Source: Microthyrium microscopicum
Taxonomy: Eukaryota
DNA length: 64,000 nt
Assembly: GCA_010405405.1 (NCBI GenBank)
Contig: MU004241.1
Coordinates: forward strand, 1,337,942-1,401,941
Direction: 5' to 3'
Position numbers and translations under genes: made by a program. This document shows positions 14,701 through 27,573 of this stretch, one piece after another (within the stretch, counting starts at the first letter, position 1; each line of letters starts with the position of its first letter). The notes below the pieces were generated by a model. That model saw only the letters and a list, made by a program, of their open reading frames with translations. It was not told the DNA's origin and searched no databases.

Positions 14701-17700
14701 TTCTTCTAGGTAACATTTATTAAGAATACTACTATAATAGAGTAATTAAAGATAAATTATTAGTAGAAGTTTATAAATCTAAGAAACGCTTATATATCTT
14801 TAAGATAGCTTAGTTATTCCTAATTAACTATAGTATTAACCTTAGAGGAGTCTATTTTAATACCTTCTATAGTAATAATTAGACTAAAGTATTTTACTTC
14901 TTAAATAGTAAACTCTAACTTCTTAATATTAAAGAATAAGCCTATACGTTCTAATATATTTAGTATTAAATATATATAGATATTATATTCTTCTAGTATT
15001 TTACTAAATACTAGAATATTATTTAAATAGATAATTATAAAATTATCTAAAAACTATATTAGTATATAATTAACGTATACTTAGAATATCCTTAGTCTTT
15101 TTATAAGGCTAAAGAGTAGTACTTTAAACTTAAATAGGCTATAGCGTATTAAGAATACTATTTTATATTTATCTCTAGGTTTAATATAAATACGTTTAAA
15201 GGTAGTAATAATATTAAACTTAGAATAATATTTTACCTTTATAAGGTATATAAGTATCTTATTAATAAGTAGTAAGACGTTACTATTTTTAATAATAATA
15301 TTATTTAACTTATAGTAGTTAATATAGATATAAATACTTCCTTCTAATTTACTTACGTAAAGTATAGGTATAGTATATTAAGATTTTAAACCTATAGCAA
15401 AACTACGCTAAAGTAAACTTTTAATATATTACTTAATAACTAACGCTTACTTTAGTAATATTAATATAAGTTAGCGTTTTAGAATTTTAGCGTTAAGAAT
15501 AAAATTAATAGCGTAGTTATATTTACTATAATATAGTATAAAGATATTTAAACGCTTTAGATTAAAGACTTTAAAATATTAGTAGAAATATTCTAAAATA
15601 AGTTTTAAAATTTCTTCCTTTAATAGGTAAGGATAGTCTTATTTATCTTACTATTTAAGATAATTCTCTTCTAATATAGTATATACTATAAGATTTATAG
15701 TAAACTTATTATTATTATCCTTATTATTAAAGGATTTTTTTTCTTTCTTATTATTAAAATCTTTAAGCTAGAATATATTAACTATAACGTCTTTACGCTT
15801 TATTAGTTTTTTAAACACTACTATAAATATAAAAGTAATATCTTATTCTTTAAGTAATTCTAAGTTTATAAATTATCTTTTTAAATTTATAGTAATTAGG
15901 TATTATAATATAATATAATTTATAATATATCTTATACTATAAAAGGTTAATATTCTTAATCCTCTATATAGGTTAACTTTATATTAATCTAGCTAGGATA
16001 CTCTTAGGATTAAATTATAAGAAGCTACTTTTATAATAAAATAGCTAATTTACTTAACGTAGTATCTAATACGTAGGTTAAGAATAGTAGCTTTATTAAC
16101 TATAAATACTAACTTACTATTAATAAGTATTACTAAGCGTAGATAAGCTAATTAAAACGTTAGAATACTATATTGCTAAAGATAATAAGAATTAATAATT
16201 TCTATTATACTACTACTAGTATTAATTAAAACGCTAGCATTAGAGTAAGTTAAACGTTATAGTATAAATACTAAGCTAATAGTAGTCTATTATAATCTAA
16301 TAATAAAATCTTTCTTTTTAATATTCTAAGGCTATACTACTAGTATAATAGAGGCTAATAAGATATAAATAGCATATAAGTATACTAAAGAGATATATTC
16401 TTTACGAATAGTATTTTTATACTTAAGGCGCTAAATATACTAATAAAGATAACTAAGTATCTTCTTAGTCTTCTCTTAAGCTTTTTCTTTAATATTCTTA
16501 TAGTCTTCTTCTACTTAATAAAATATCTCTTTAGCTTTCTTAGTATTTTAGTACTATTCCTTATTATATTAATAGAATATTTCCTTTATATACTTAATTA
16601 TAGTATTAAAGTCGCGTTTCTTTCTTTTATTATATATTTTAGTCTTATTTAGCTTCTTCTTATAATTTAGTAAAGAAGTATCTAATTTAAAGACTAATAG
16701 TTATTATCCTTAATAGTATCCTCTATAAAGAATTATTATTTTTTTTAAACCTTTATAAATATTACTACTAAAGATATAACTAAAGCTTTAATTTTATTAT
16801 TAGATAAGGGTTCTTAATCTTTATATAGTATAGTCTTATTAAAGTAGTAGTAACCCTTTTATCTATAATAAACATATTACTTATCTATTTTTAACGTATT
16901 ATAGACGTTTATTAGATAGTTAACGTTTCTATTTTTATTATTTTAGGTCCTCTTATTAGTAGACTAATTATTATTATAGCTATAGGAATTATTATTTATA
17001 GCTACGAGCTTATAATTAATTTAGTACGTAACTAGGTAAAGCTAGGTACAAAATATAATAAAACTACTAAAATACTAGCCTACTAGTAAGTCTATAAACT
17101 TATAATTAATAAGATCTTATAACTTAATAATCTTCTTATACTTAAATAGTTCTATATTTACTAAATTTATTAAGAAGCGGCTAATAAAGACTTAAAGGCC
17201 TTCTATATCTTTTATTTTAGTATTTAAGGACTTTAACTATGCCTTAGCATCTTTAAAAGCATTCTTAGAGTAATAATATCTATCTAGGTTAATCTATATT
17301 TCCTTTATAGTATAATAAAGGTCCTTTAACTTATAGCCTCTATATATAATTATAATACTATAAGTAGAGCTAATATAATAGATATAAATAAACTTAATTT
17401 TCTTCTTTTTAGTAAGAACGTAGAGGTATATATTCTTATTAAGAAGTATATCTAATATTTTCTCCTTCTACTATTTATAGTACGTAAGTTTACCTTTAAA
17501 ATTACTAGGTTCTTTAAACTTTATAAGTACTACTAGAGAGCTACTATTAGCTACTAATAATAGTAAGATATAATATATTTCTTAAGCTTAGAGCTATAAA
17601 TATAAAACTGCTAAATATATTACTTATAATATAGAGCAACCTAGAAATATATTATCCTTTAGATCCTTTAGATTAATATAGGCTTAATTTAAACTTGTCT

Positions 17701-19475
17701 AAAGTCTATCCTCTAACTCTTAGATTTAGTAGCAAAGATTAATAACTAACTCGCAATATTATATATTAGTATTATACTTCTTTACTAATTTAATAAAAGC
17801 TACCTATTTATTTAAATAAGTAGTAGTTAGTACTACTTTATAATCATAGTAGACTTAGCTAATTAGTACTTTAAGATCTATTATTATTTACTAATAGGTA
17901 GCTACCTCTTCTTATAGCGTATCTACTATTTTACTTAATTAACTTACTTCTACGTTAGTATCTATAAGTTCTTTTACTAGCTAGTCTTAAAGCTTTTGAG
18001 CGGACTAATATCGTAAGGCTATAGTTTAATTAACTAATAACGCTATATATAGTTATTTAAAGAATTAATCTTCTTTTATAAACTTAATATATTAATCTAG
18101 GTGCTTACTATTAGATATTAATGCGTAATATTTCTAGAGAGTAGTAGAATTATCTAGGTTCTTCTAGAGGACTACTAGTATCTATTTCTCTATTTTTAGT
18201 TCTACTTTATATAAAGCCTATATAAATAAAAGCTTTATATTAGTAAGCAATGCGACTTTACTATTAAGGTCTACTAGTTCTAAGGATAGGTAAGGTAGGA
18301 ACGATATAGGAACATTATAAAGTTCTTTTTTACGTGCTAGTAATTCTAACTAACGACAGATATTAATAAGTAATCTTGCTTCTAACGCGACTTTGTCTAG
18401 ACTATTAATAACGGCACTAGAGGTTACTACCTCTTTGCCTTTTAATCTTAGCTCTTTTGTTACGCTTACTAGCGTAATAGGTACTATGGTTAATAGTCTA
18501 GCAATAATCTTATAAGGTTATTAAGGGTTAATACTAACTTAAGTGTTTTAATAAAAGAATTCCTTATTATTATTGTCTAAAGCTACTTCTAATAATAGTA
18601 GTAACTTTTTAATAGATTTAATTAATAGGATGTTCTCTTACTATAGCGTTAATGCGATAGTTAACTATTAATTAGTTTCTATATCTAGGACGACTAGCTT
18701 CTTAGTAAAATAGCTATCTCTACTATAGTAGGGTGAAACTAAGCGGCTTTAAATACTAATACTACTATGCTTACGGGCAATATAAGAGTTACTTAATGTT
18801 AGTTTAAGACTAGGGATATGTAGCGCTTTACTTATAGTAATACGTAGCTAAATAGTGTAGTATTTCTTAATAAATTAGAATTAATTTAATAGATTAATAG
18901 ATACGGATTTAATAAGAAATAAGGTAAGTATATTTTATAGTTAGTAGAGAGGAAGTAGTGTAAACGCTTCTATGGATCTAAGAAGAACACTATAGGGCAA
19001 AGCTTAGGCCTTTAAGTAGTCTTTATTCTAGTAAATAACGCTAAATTTGCGTTATTCTAGTTAGTGTTTATAAATTTGCTAGTACTTTTAGCAACGCTAA
19101 TTCTAATTAAGGGCAGTATTGCTAAATACTAATTAGTTAGATCTATAGCACAACTACGATTAAGATAGGAATTAATAAACGCCTCTACGCGTTTATTAAT
19201 GATACGTAAATATACGTAGAGCGTAAAATTAATGTAGAGGTACTTAGATTATATAAGGAGCTAATAGGCACGATTAGGTAAGCAGAAAGTAGCTAGTATT
19301 ATAGGATCTAAGTACGGAAAGAAGAGATCTAGAGATATAGCTATAGATACAAAGAAGTAGAGGCTTAGGATATCTTTAGACACACTAACTTCAAACGAGA
19401 TAAAGAGATCTTATCTATAGGATTAGATCTTAGCATCTAAACACTATAATACTAAACTTATAAGGATTCCTTATA
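11769..19475 (-). mobile_element. Ty3/Gypsy LTR retrotransposon family A copy 1, full length (7707 bp), RIP-degraded; 224-bp LTRs at 11769-11992 (3') and 19252-19475 (5')
   Basis: Direct LTRs tataaggagcta...ggattccttaca (ancestral TG...CA); TSD ctaat (11764-11768 / 19476-19480). Reverse complement of the purine tract (acttcctccctt) abuts 11993. Body is the reverse complement of 45559-53238. Confidence 0.92.
12047..12088. repeat. (CTAGT)n/(CTAGG)n pentanucleotide run in the 3' UTR of Gypsy A
   Basis: ctagtctagtctagtctagtctaggctaggctaggctagtct; degenerate counterpart at ~52921-52960 in copy 2. Confidence 0.8.
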
Positions 19476-22400
19476 CTAATATATAGCGTAAAGAACGTTA
19501 TAAATTAACTAACTAATTAAACTCTATAATAGTCTTAATAAAGTATAAGTAATAGTACTTTTCCTTATATAATTAGAAGTTATTAGACTTAATAACTAGC
19601 TATATAGTATATAGATACTAATAATGCTTCTACTATAGTACTTATATAGCTACTAGTAATAAATAGTTTACTATATACTACTAAACTACTTACTATATTA
19701 TAAAGAAAGAATACTAGAATAAGTAATAATACTAAATAAGGCCTATATACTTTCTAATTTAAGAAATACCTAGGTAGTAACTAGATAGCTACTAAAGAGT
19801 AGAGCTCTTTAGTAATTTAGGCTAATTAAAAAAATTATAGAAATAGACTTTAAAGTATATAGAGAACTACTAAGACTTAAGAATCCTATAAATAACTAAT
19901 TATAATATTATAGTACTAATAAGTTAGTAATATATAATTATAAAAGAAATAGCTAAGTCTAAGAATATAATTAATTTTATTTTATATTTATCTACTACTT
20001 TTTATTAAATAATAATATTACTCTACTTAATAACTAGAATATCTCTACTAGTATATTTATTTTTATACTTTAAGTATAAAGCTTTAGTAAAATAGCTTAT
20101 AAGTAAGCTAAATCTTTATCTAATATAGATATATTAATCTTTAGCTTTTTCTTTTTTTACTATATTAGTAAGACTATAATAAAAGTAAACTAGACTCTAT
20201 AGCTAATAAACTTACTTACTAAACTATTTATAACCTTTACTTATTTAGTAGCCTTTTCCTTATTACTTAATAATATACTCTCCTTTATATTTTAATAAAT
20301 ATTAACTAAGTTAGTTATTACTTTATTAAAGGTACGTTAAAGGTATTTATCTTACTCCTTTAACTTTACTAATACCTTACTATAATATTAAAAAAAATAG
20401 AAAATTAAGAGTAAAGATATACTTATAGCTTTATACTTAGACTTCTACTCTTTATAATAAAAGTAAAGACGTTAACTAAAGCTAGCTTAACTATAGATAT
20501 AAGTAATTACTATAATAAGTATACTAAAACTAATTAGGTATTTACTATTAAGTAACTCTACGTAATAGTATAATACTTAAAGATAGTATAAATAAATTCT
20601 TATATTAAGAATATATATAGTCTATATTATAATAGTTAATATTATATATAAAAAAATACTAAAAAACTTATAATAAGAGCTAAGATAGGACTAGCTAATT
20701 TTATATTTAAAGATAGAGTAAAATTTTTAATATCTATAAATAAAGTAGTTTTTATCTTCTTTAAAGATAATAGAAGAGAGATACTTATAAGTATAAAATA
20801 TTTACTAGGTATTTAAAGGTAAAAGAAAGAGAAGAAAGAAAAGCTTATAAAGGACTTATCTTTAAAAGAGGACTTAAAGAGAGTAAGAAGTATAATAGAA
20901 ACTTAAAGAGGAAGAAGTAACTAAAACTATATAAATTTAAAATACTTTATATTCTAGAAGTAAATTATATAGACTACTAAAAACTTAAAAGCTACTATTT
21001 AGTAACCTATTATATAATATTAAAAAGTATAAATTAATAGAGAAAACTTAGTTAAGAAGTATTATAAGTACTCTACTTAATAGATATTAAAAGAGAAAGC
21101 TTAATATAGCTAAAGAATATTATAATACTAGAGCTTATTAAGAGTAGAAATTAATTATAAAAACTTAAGAATATATATTATATATATCTATTATAAAACT
21201 ATATAGAAAGTTAACTATATAAGAATAATAGTTATAAGCTTCTAAAAAGAAGAAGATTAATAGAAACTTATTAAACTATAATAGTAAAACTTAATAATAA
21301 GGTAATACTAAATAGAAATAGGTACTAAAAAGCTAAATTTAACTTATTTTAAGAAATACTATAGCCTTAAGTAATTAAATAATAGATAAGTTCTAAAAAG
21401 AAAACTAGTAATAAGAATAGTATTAAGAATTAAGATTCTAGCGTATAGTATAGAATCTATATAATATATAGTATATTTAAGCTATATAGAGCCTCTAGTA
21501 GTTAGTAACTACTAGTTACTTACTATATTAACCTACTAACTAGAATTTCTTTAGTAAGCTTTATAGTTTATAAAGAGATAATATAAGTCCTTTTATTTAG
21601 AAGTAGTAAACTAAAAGAATATTATAATAATACTAGAATAAGGCTACTAGAAGATAACTAAAGGAATACTATAGATTTCTTTATAAGGGTTTTTCTAAAA
21701 GTAAGAGTAGCGTCTATATAGCCTATTAGCATAGCTAAAAGATAATAAATAAGATTTATATATAGTACTTTTCTTTCTAAGATACTTATAATATACTTAA
21801 ATAGTACTTTTATATAAATTTATAAAGTTATAAAAACTATAGTAATAGTAGTTAACTTAAATAGCTTTTCTAAAACTAAGATAAAGTTATTTTATATTAT
21901 AAACTCTTTATATTATTTTATTATTATAAGAATACTCTAATTAAAAGAGTAGAATTCTTTTCTAAACTTTAAAAATAAGACTTTTATATAAAAGTAACTT
22001 TTTAATAGCTTTTATAGTAAAATTAAGATTATAAATACTAATAAGTTCTTTAAGTTAGCTTAGAATAGTTTATTCTAACTATTTAATTATTTAGTTAGGT
22101 TACTAAACCTAAATTTACTTATAGAAGAGCTTTTAAATAAGTATTTATAGTTTACTAATACTTTTAGTAAGTAAAATATATTTAAACTAGCTTAATATAG
22201 TCTATAAAACCTTAAGATTAACCTAAAGCTAAGTATAATAATACTATATAAACCTATTTATAGCCTTTTAAAGGCTAAGTTAGTTATTCTATATAAGTAC
22301 TTAAATACTTACTTTATAAAAAGTTAGATTTAAAAGTCTAAATTTCTTATTAAAGCCTTTATTCTCTTTATAAAGAAAAAAGATAGAATATTATAACTTT

Positions 22401-24399
22401 ATATAGACTACTAAGGCCTAAATAATATTATTATTAAAAATTAATATATATTACTTTTTATTAAAAAGTTTTTAGATAGACTTTAAGATACTAAATTTTT
22501 TACTAGTCTTAACTTATATAAAGCTTACTACTATTTATATATTAAAAATAGTAATAAGTAGAAAACTACGTTTAAAACTAAATATAAAATATTTAAGTAT
22601 ATAATAGTTTTATTTAGACTTATAAATACTCTTAGAGCTTTTTAAGTATATATTAACTAAATATTAAGAAGCTTAATAAATATAATATATATTATTTACC
22701 TTAATAATATTCTTATATATTCTAAAACTAAGAAGTAATATATTAAAAATATTTAAGAAGTTTTATAGTAACTTATAAAATACTATTTATATATAAAACT
22801 ATTTAAGTATAAGTTTTATACTAATAATATAAAGTATCTAGATTATATTATAACTCTAAATAGTACTACTATAAATTAGTTATAAGTTAATATATACCTA
22901 AATTAGCTAAAACTATATAATATATATTGAATAAAAAAGTTTATTAGCTTTATAAACTATTATTATTAGTTTATTACTAGATTCTTTTATATTATTATAC
23001 TACTAAATACTTTAACTTAAAAAGAACTAAGTTAGGCTCTAAAAAGCCTAAAGTTATAATAAGAGAAGTCTATAAATATTAAATTACTACTAAACGCTTT
23101 AGATTCTTTTAATAAACTAAAAGATTCTTTTATAAATATACTAATTTTAGCTTATTTTAACTTTATACTTTCTATATAATTAGAAATTAATACTTTTAAA
23201 AGAATAATTTATAAAATATTAAGCTAGAAATAGTATAATAAAAGCTAAAATAGCTTATAAAAACCTATTATATTTTATTCTTAGAAATTATCTCTACTAA
23301 AGAATTACTATAAAACTTTATAATAAAAGTTCTTAGTAGTAATTATAGATTTCTTAAAAGTATTTAGAAAGTACTTATAAAGCTTATTAGACTAATTTTA
23401 AGTCTTAATAGACTATATAAACCTTAAATTACTTAAAATAATACTAAAAATATTATTAATATATATAAAGTAAGTAGATTTACTCTTAAAATATAATTTT
23501 AATATTAAGTACTACTTAAGTAAGATAAATTTAGCTAATAAACTCTTAAGATAATTAGACTATATTAAAAAGAGCTAAAGAAAATAGAAAAAGATTATAA
23601 AAGTATTACTTAATTTACTTTATAATAAGTTATAACTTAATAATACTTTTATAGCTAAAACTAATACTATTAAACTTATAGATTTTATTATTATATATAT
23701 TAATATTAATATATAGTACCTTATTATAAATTAATTTAAGAAAAGTTAAAATAAGCTTATTAAGACTTAAAAATATCTAAAAATAAGTTTTAGTAAGATT
23801 TTAGCTATTAATAAATCTCTTTTAGTTAAGAATAACTTAGATAAAGCTAAATAAATAAGTAGAAATCTTATTTTTATTAAGGAAGAGTTATAAAAAAAGA
23901 AAATCTTATAAAGGTTTTATAATAATACTATAAAAAGTAGTTATAAAAGGTTAAAAAAGATACTTAAGAACATTAAGTACTATTATACTTAAAACTATAT
24001 TTAGAAAGACGTTAAGAACTATTATAAGGCTTATTTTAATTATTAATATAATAAATCTATTAAATAAGCTTAAAAAGAATTATTAATAACTTTACTAGTC
24101 TTAGAAATACTATAAAAGGATTTTATTATAAATTTTATTATAAATTTACTTTTAAGTATCTATAATAATTAAACTTATAACTTTATTATAGTAGTTATTA
24201 ATAAGCTAACTAAAATAGCCTACTATATCTTAATAAAAAAGAATATAGATATAAAGAATCTTATAAAAAATTTTTTATAAAAGATTATATATCTATATAG
24301 TATACTTTATACTATTATATTTAATTAAGAACCTCTCTTTATTTTTAAGTACTAGAAAATATTCCTTTATTATCTTTTTATCTTTAGAAAGCTTTTTAT

Positions 24400-25591
24400 T
24401 ATTATTAAATCTTATTTATTGTCTTTTAGCTACGCTAATAGGCTATATAGACGCTACTCTTAATAAGCGGGTAAAAACTCTTATCTAATTAGCTAATCTA
24501 CCTAAATCTAGCTAAGCATAGCTTGCTCTAAGCTTAAGGCTTAGTCTAGCTTTAGCTAATCTCTATATATTTAGCAAACTAAGGCGCTAACTATATAAGG
24601 GAAAACCCTGCTATTATGTTCTATAGGCTAATCTATACTAAGGCCATTAATACTATACTAAGCTCTATTAGCTTCCTAAGCTACAGAAGCATTAATAAGT
24701 TAGGTAAGCTAAATTCTAGGTAGTATCTAACCACAGCACCTCTCTAGGCTAGTATCTATTACGGGTAATTATTCTTCCATTTAGTCTACTGCTTTAAGTT
24801 CCTACAGTTGCTAATATTGTCGCCCTATAGGGCTAATTCCCTCCTTATTATTATATTAGATCCCTCTATTTATACCGTAATACTAAGTCTAAGGTAGCGC
24901 TAACAGTCTACTAAAAGCTATCCGTTTACGCTATGCTTTATTTTTAAGCCAAAATCTAGATCCTTCGGCTTAGCGTATTTTAGGTTACCTTCCCTAAGTC
25001 TACTAGCTTATTCCTATAGCGCTATATTTATGCCAACCTAAAAGCACTGTACTTACTAAGCCGTAATGTCCTAGATTCCGTAATTTATTACCGTATCGTT
25101 TAGTTTAATCTTTGCCTTCTGCGACTAGATTTTGGGCTTACTAAGCTAAGGCTACTCGTCTAATCTAATTACTAAGAGCCGTAAAAGAATTAGCTTTAGT
25201 ATGCTGAATTTACTACGCTTCAGTAATGTTATAGCTTATTTAATGTAGCTTTACGTAGTAGCTTGTTTCTAATTATATAATTTTAACGCTAGTTCGTTAT
25301 TAGTTAATAGGGCTTTAATAAGAATGATCTTGTAACTATATATAGCGGTCACGTAATGCAAAAATTCATACCTTTCGCAATATATTAAAAAGAGCTATAG
25401 CTTGTCCTCTACACTTACTAAAAAGGGAAGGATAACCTTTCCTAAAAAGTAGTAAACGTAGCTTTAAAAGTAAGTAACAATTGCCTTTTTAGGGTAGTAG
25501 GGGAGATAGGAATTAAACCCGTGCCCTGCGGATTCTTAAACAGGTAGGGCCTGCTATAAGATCGCAAGTACTACTACTATACTACTCCCTC
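24400..25591 (-). mobile_element. tRNA-headed SINE copy 1 (~1.19 kb), inserted in the Gypsy C integrase region
   Basis: 17-19 bp TSD (tc)tttagaaagctttttat at 24381-24399 / 25590-25608. Minus strand begins with a tRNA-like head containing GGGTTTAATTCC (RIPed B-box). It ends with the 57-nt LINE-shared tail (24406-24462) and (TAA)n. Confidence 0.88.
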
Positions 25592-27563
25592 TTTAGAAAG
25601 CTTTTTATAATATTTTATTTATAAACTAATAATTAAATAAAGTACTTAAATTAGAAAATTAAGTACTATCTATAAATTTATAAGTATTAAAAATAAGATA
25701 ATTAGGTAAGATAGCTTAGTTTAGCTAAGTTTAACTATAATAATAGTATTTACTTATTAACTAGAATTACTTCTTTTATTATATATACTAGAAGGAACTT
25801 CTATACTCTTAAATTAACTAAAATATTATTAAAAAGTATTATACTTAATATTAAAGAAATAGTAAACTATATTCTATCTTTATAATATATAATAAAAAAT
25901 AAATTAGCTAAAGTATAGTTATATTAAGCTAACTAGTATAATAAAGAAAAAAAAATATTTATTTAAATATTAGTAACTAAGTCTTACTTAATATAAAAAA
26001 TATTTAGACTACTTATATTAAAAAGAAACTTAATATTAAGTATATAAATCTTTTTAAAATCTTAAAGATTATAAATACTAATACTTACTAACTTAATTTT
26101 TTAAAGAATATATAAGTTTATAATATATTCTATATTTTTCTATTAAAGTTATATATATTAAATTCTTATTTTTTATAAAAGTTTATATTATTATAGAATT
26201 TCTTAAACCTAAAAGACTTAAATATATATAATATAGAGAAAGTAATAAAGTATATAATAAATAAAAAGAATAAATATTATTACTTTATAAAATAGAAAAG
26301 TTACTTAAAGTTAGAATTAATCTAAAAGTTTATAGCTAATCTTTCTTTAACTACTTTAAAACGCTATTATATAAAGTTAGCTAAAAAGAATATTATATTA
26401 ATAATAAGTATAATTAAAAAAGTAATTAAATATAAAATAATATATCTAGATAATATTATAGATAAGTTAATAAATTTTAACCCTATAAGACTAAAAAGAT
26501 AGCTTAAAAAGCTAAAGAAGACTTAAAAGACTTAAAATAAGCTTTTAAAAAAGAAGAATAGTTACTTTATAATTTTCTTACTAATTAGAACTTAAATTAA
26601 CTCTTTAATATATATATTATAATAAATTAACTTAAAATAACTTAAAAATAATATTAGATAATAAGTATATAAAAAAACTACTAAGTCTTAAATATATAAA
26701 TTAACTTAAAATAATATATAAAATAAGTTTTTATATATATAGAAGAAGTACTTTTTTAAGAACTCTTTTTAATATAAAATAGGGTTAAAATATATATTAA
26801 AAAATATATAAAAAAATAAGTAATTTCTAACTAAGAGTTAAATTAGTTATATAATAGTTTTATAACGGTATTTACTAATAAACCTATTTTTAAGAAGTCT
26901 TAAAAGGATATTTACTAACTAACTTATTTTTAAAAGATATAAAATAACTTAATATAATAAGAAATAGCTCTACTTAGCTAATTAAGACTAAGTATAAATA
27001 ATACTAAATTCTAAAAGATTTAAAATAACTTATCTAATCTTATTTTAACTTAAAAAGAAGCTACCTAGTTTTATTTACGCTTTTTTAAAGTAGAAGTTAT
27101 AACCTTAATTTTAGAATAGTCTTTATTAATATAACTATCTTTATAAAAAGCCTTAATAGCTTTTTTAATATAGTTCTTAATCTTATTATACTTAGAAGTA
27201 CTAAGATAGGCTTTATAGTACTTAAAAAGTACTTAAAAGTTTATAAAGATGCTAATTAGAGTTTCCTTAATATTAATAAATTATTATAAAATAATTAAAT
27301 ATAAAGTAACCTATTATAAATATAAAAAGACTTATCTAAAATATATTAGATTCTTAAAGATTAATAATATATATAAAATCCTTATATTAAGAATATAATA
27401 TATTATAGTACTTAAAGTACTTAGAAGGATAAAATTAAATATTAGTAGCTAAGAGAACTAGATAAGTTATAATATACTTCTTTAATTCTAAAGAGCTATT
27501 ATTTACTATTTTTTAAGTAGCTTTAGTATCTATATAGTAGTTAATAAGTATATAAGTTATATA

Positions 27564-27573
27564 NNNNNNNNNN
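27564..27573. other. Assembly gap (10 N)
   Basis: Run of ten N; true distance across it is unknown. Confidence 1.

Larger units (their letters stand above)
4358..19481 (+). mobile_element. Ty3/Gypsy (chromovirus-type) LTR retrotransposon family B, full length, RIP-degraded; 202-bp LTRs at 4358-4559 and 11568-11768 plus 19481
   Basis: Direct LTRs (tattacgaatcta... / tattataaatcta...); 5-bp TSD tatag (4353-4357 / 19482-19486). De-RIPed CVDYRKLN (~8228-8251), YxDDVLI (~8525-8545), RNase H TDASDW (~8981), chromodomain-like segment ~11000-11200. Purine tract precedes the 3' LTR. Confidence 0.9.
652..21761 (+). mobile_element. Tad-like LINE copy 1 (own sequence 652-4357 plus 19487-21761), RIP-degraded, with Gypsy B nested inside
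   Basis: De-RIPed APE motif GDFNxHH at ~1684-1705; RT motifs SYRPI..N..K (~2860), GxPQGSPLSPILFL (~3250-3295) and GFVDD (~3352-3366). (TA)n tail at ~21757-21761. Candidate 11-bp TSD atagtactttt. Uninterrupted sister copies at 29738-33158 and 61426-64000. Confidence 0.8.
377..26560 (+). mobile_element. Ty3/Gypsy element family C (partial, RIP-degraded), interrupted by a LINE (652-21761) and a SINE (24400-25591)
   Basis: De-RIPed motifs: protease-like LFDSG near 535-560; RT APILFVKKKDG..LCVDYRGLN at ~22350-22425; YLDDILIY at ~22695-22720; integrase-like region ~23900-25900; purine tract at 26548-26560. Continuity across the LINE is supported by duplicated atagtactttt (641-651 / 21762-21772). 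LTRs not resolved. Confidence 0.65.
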
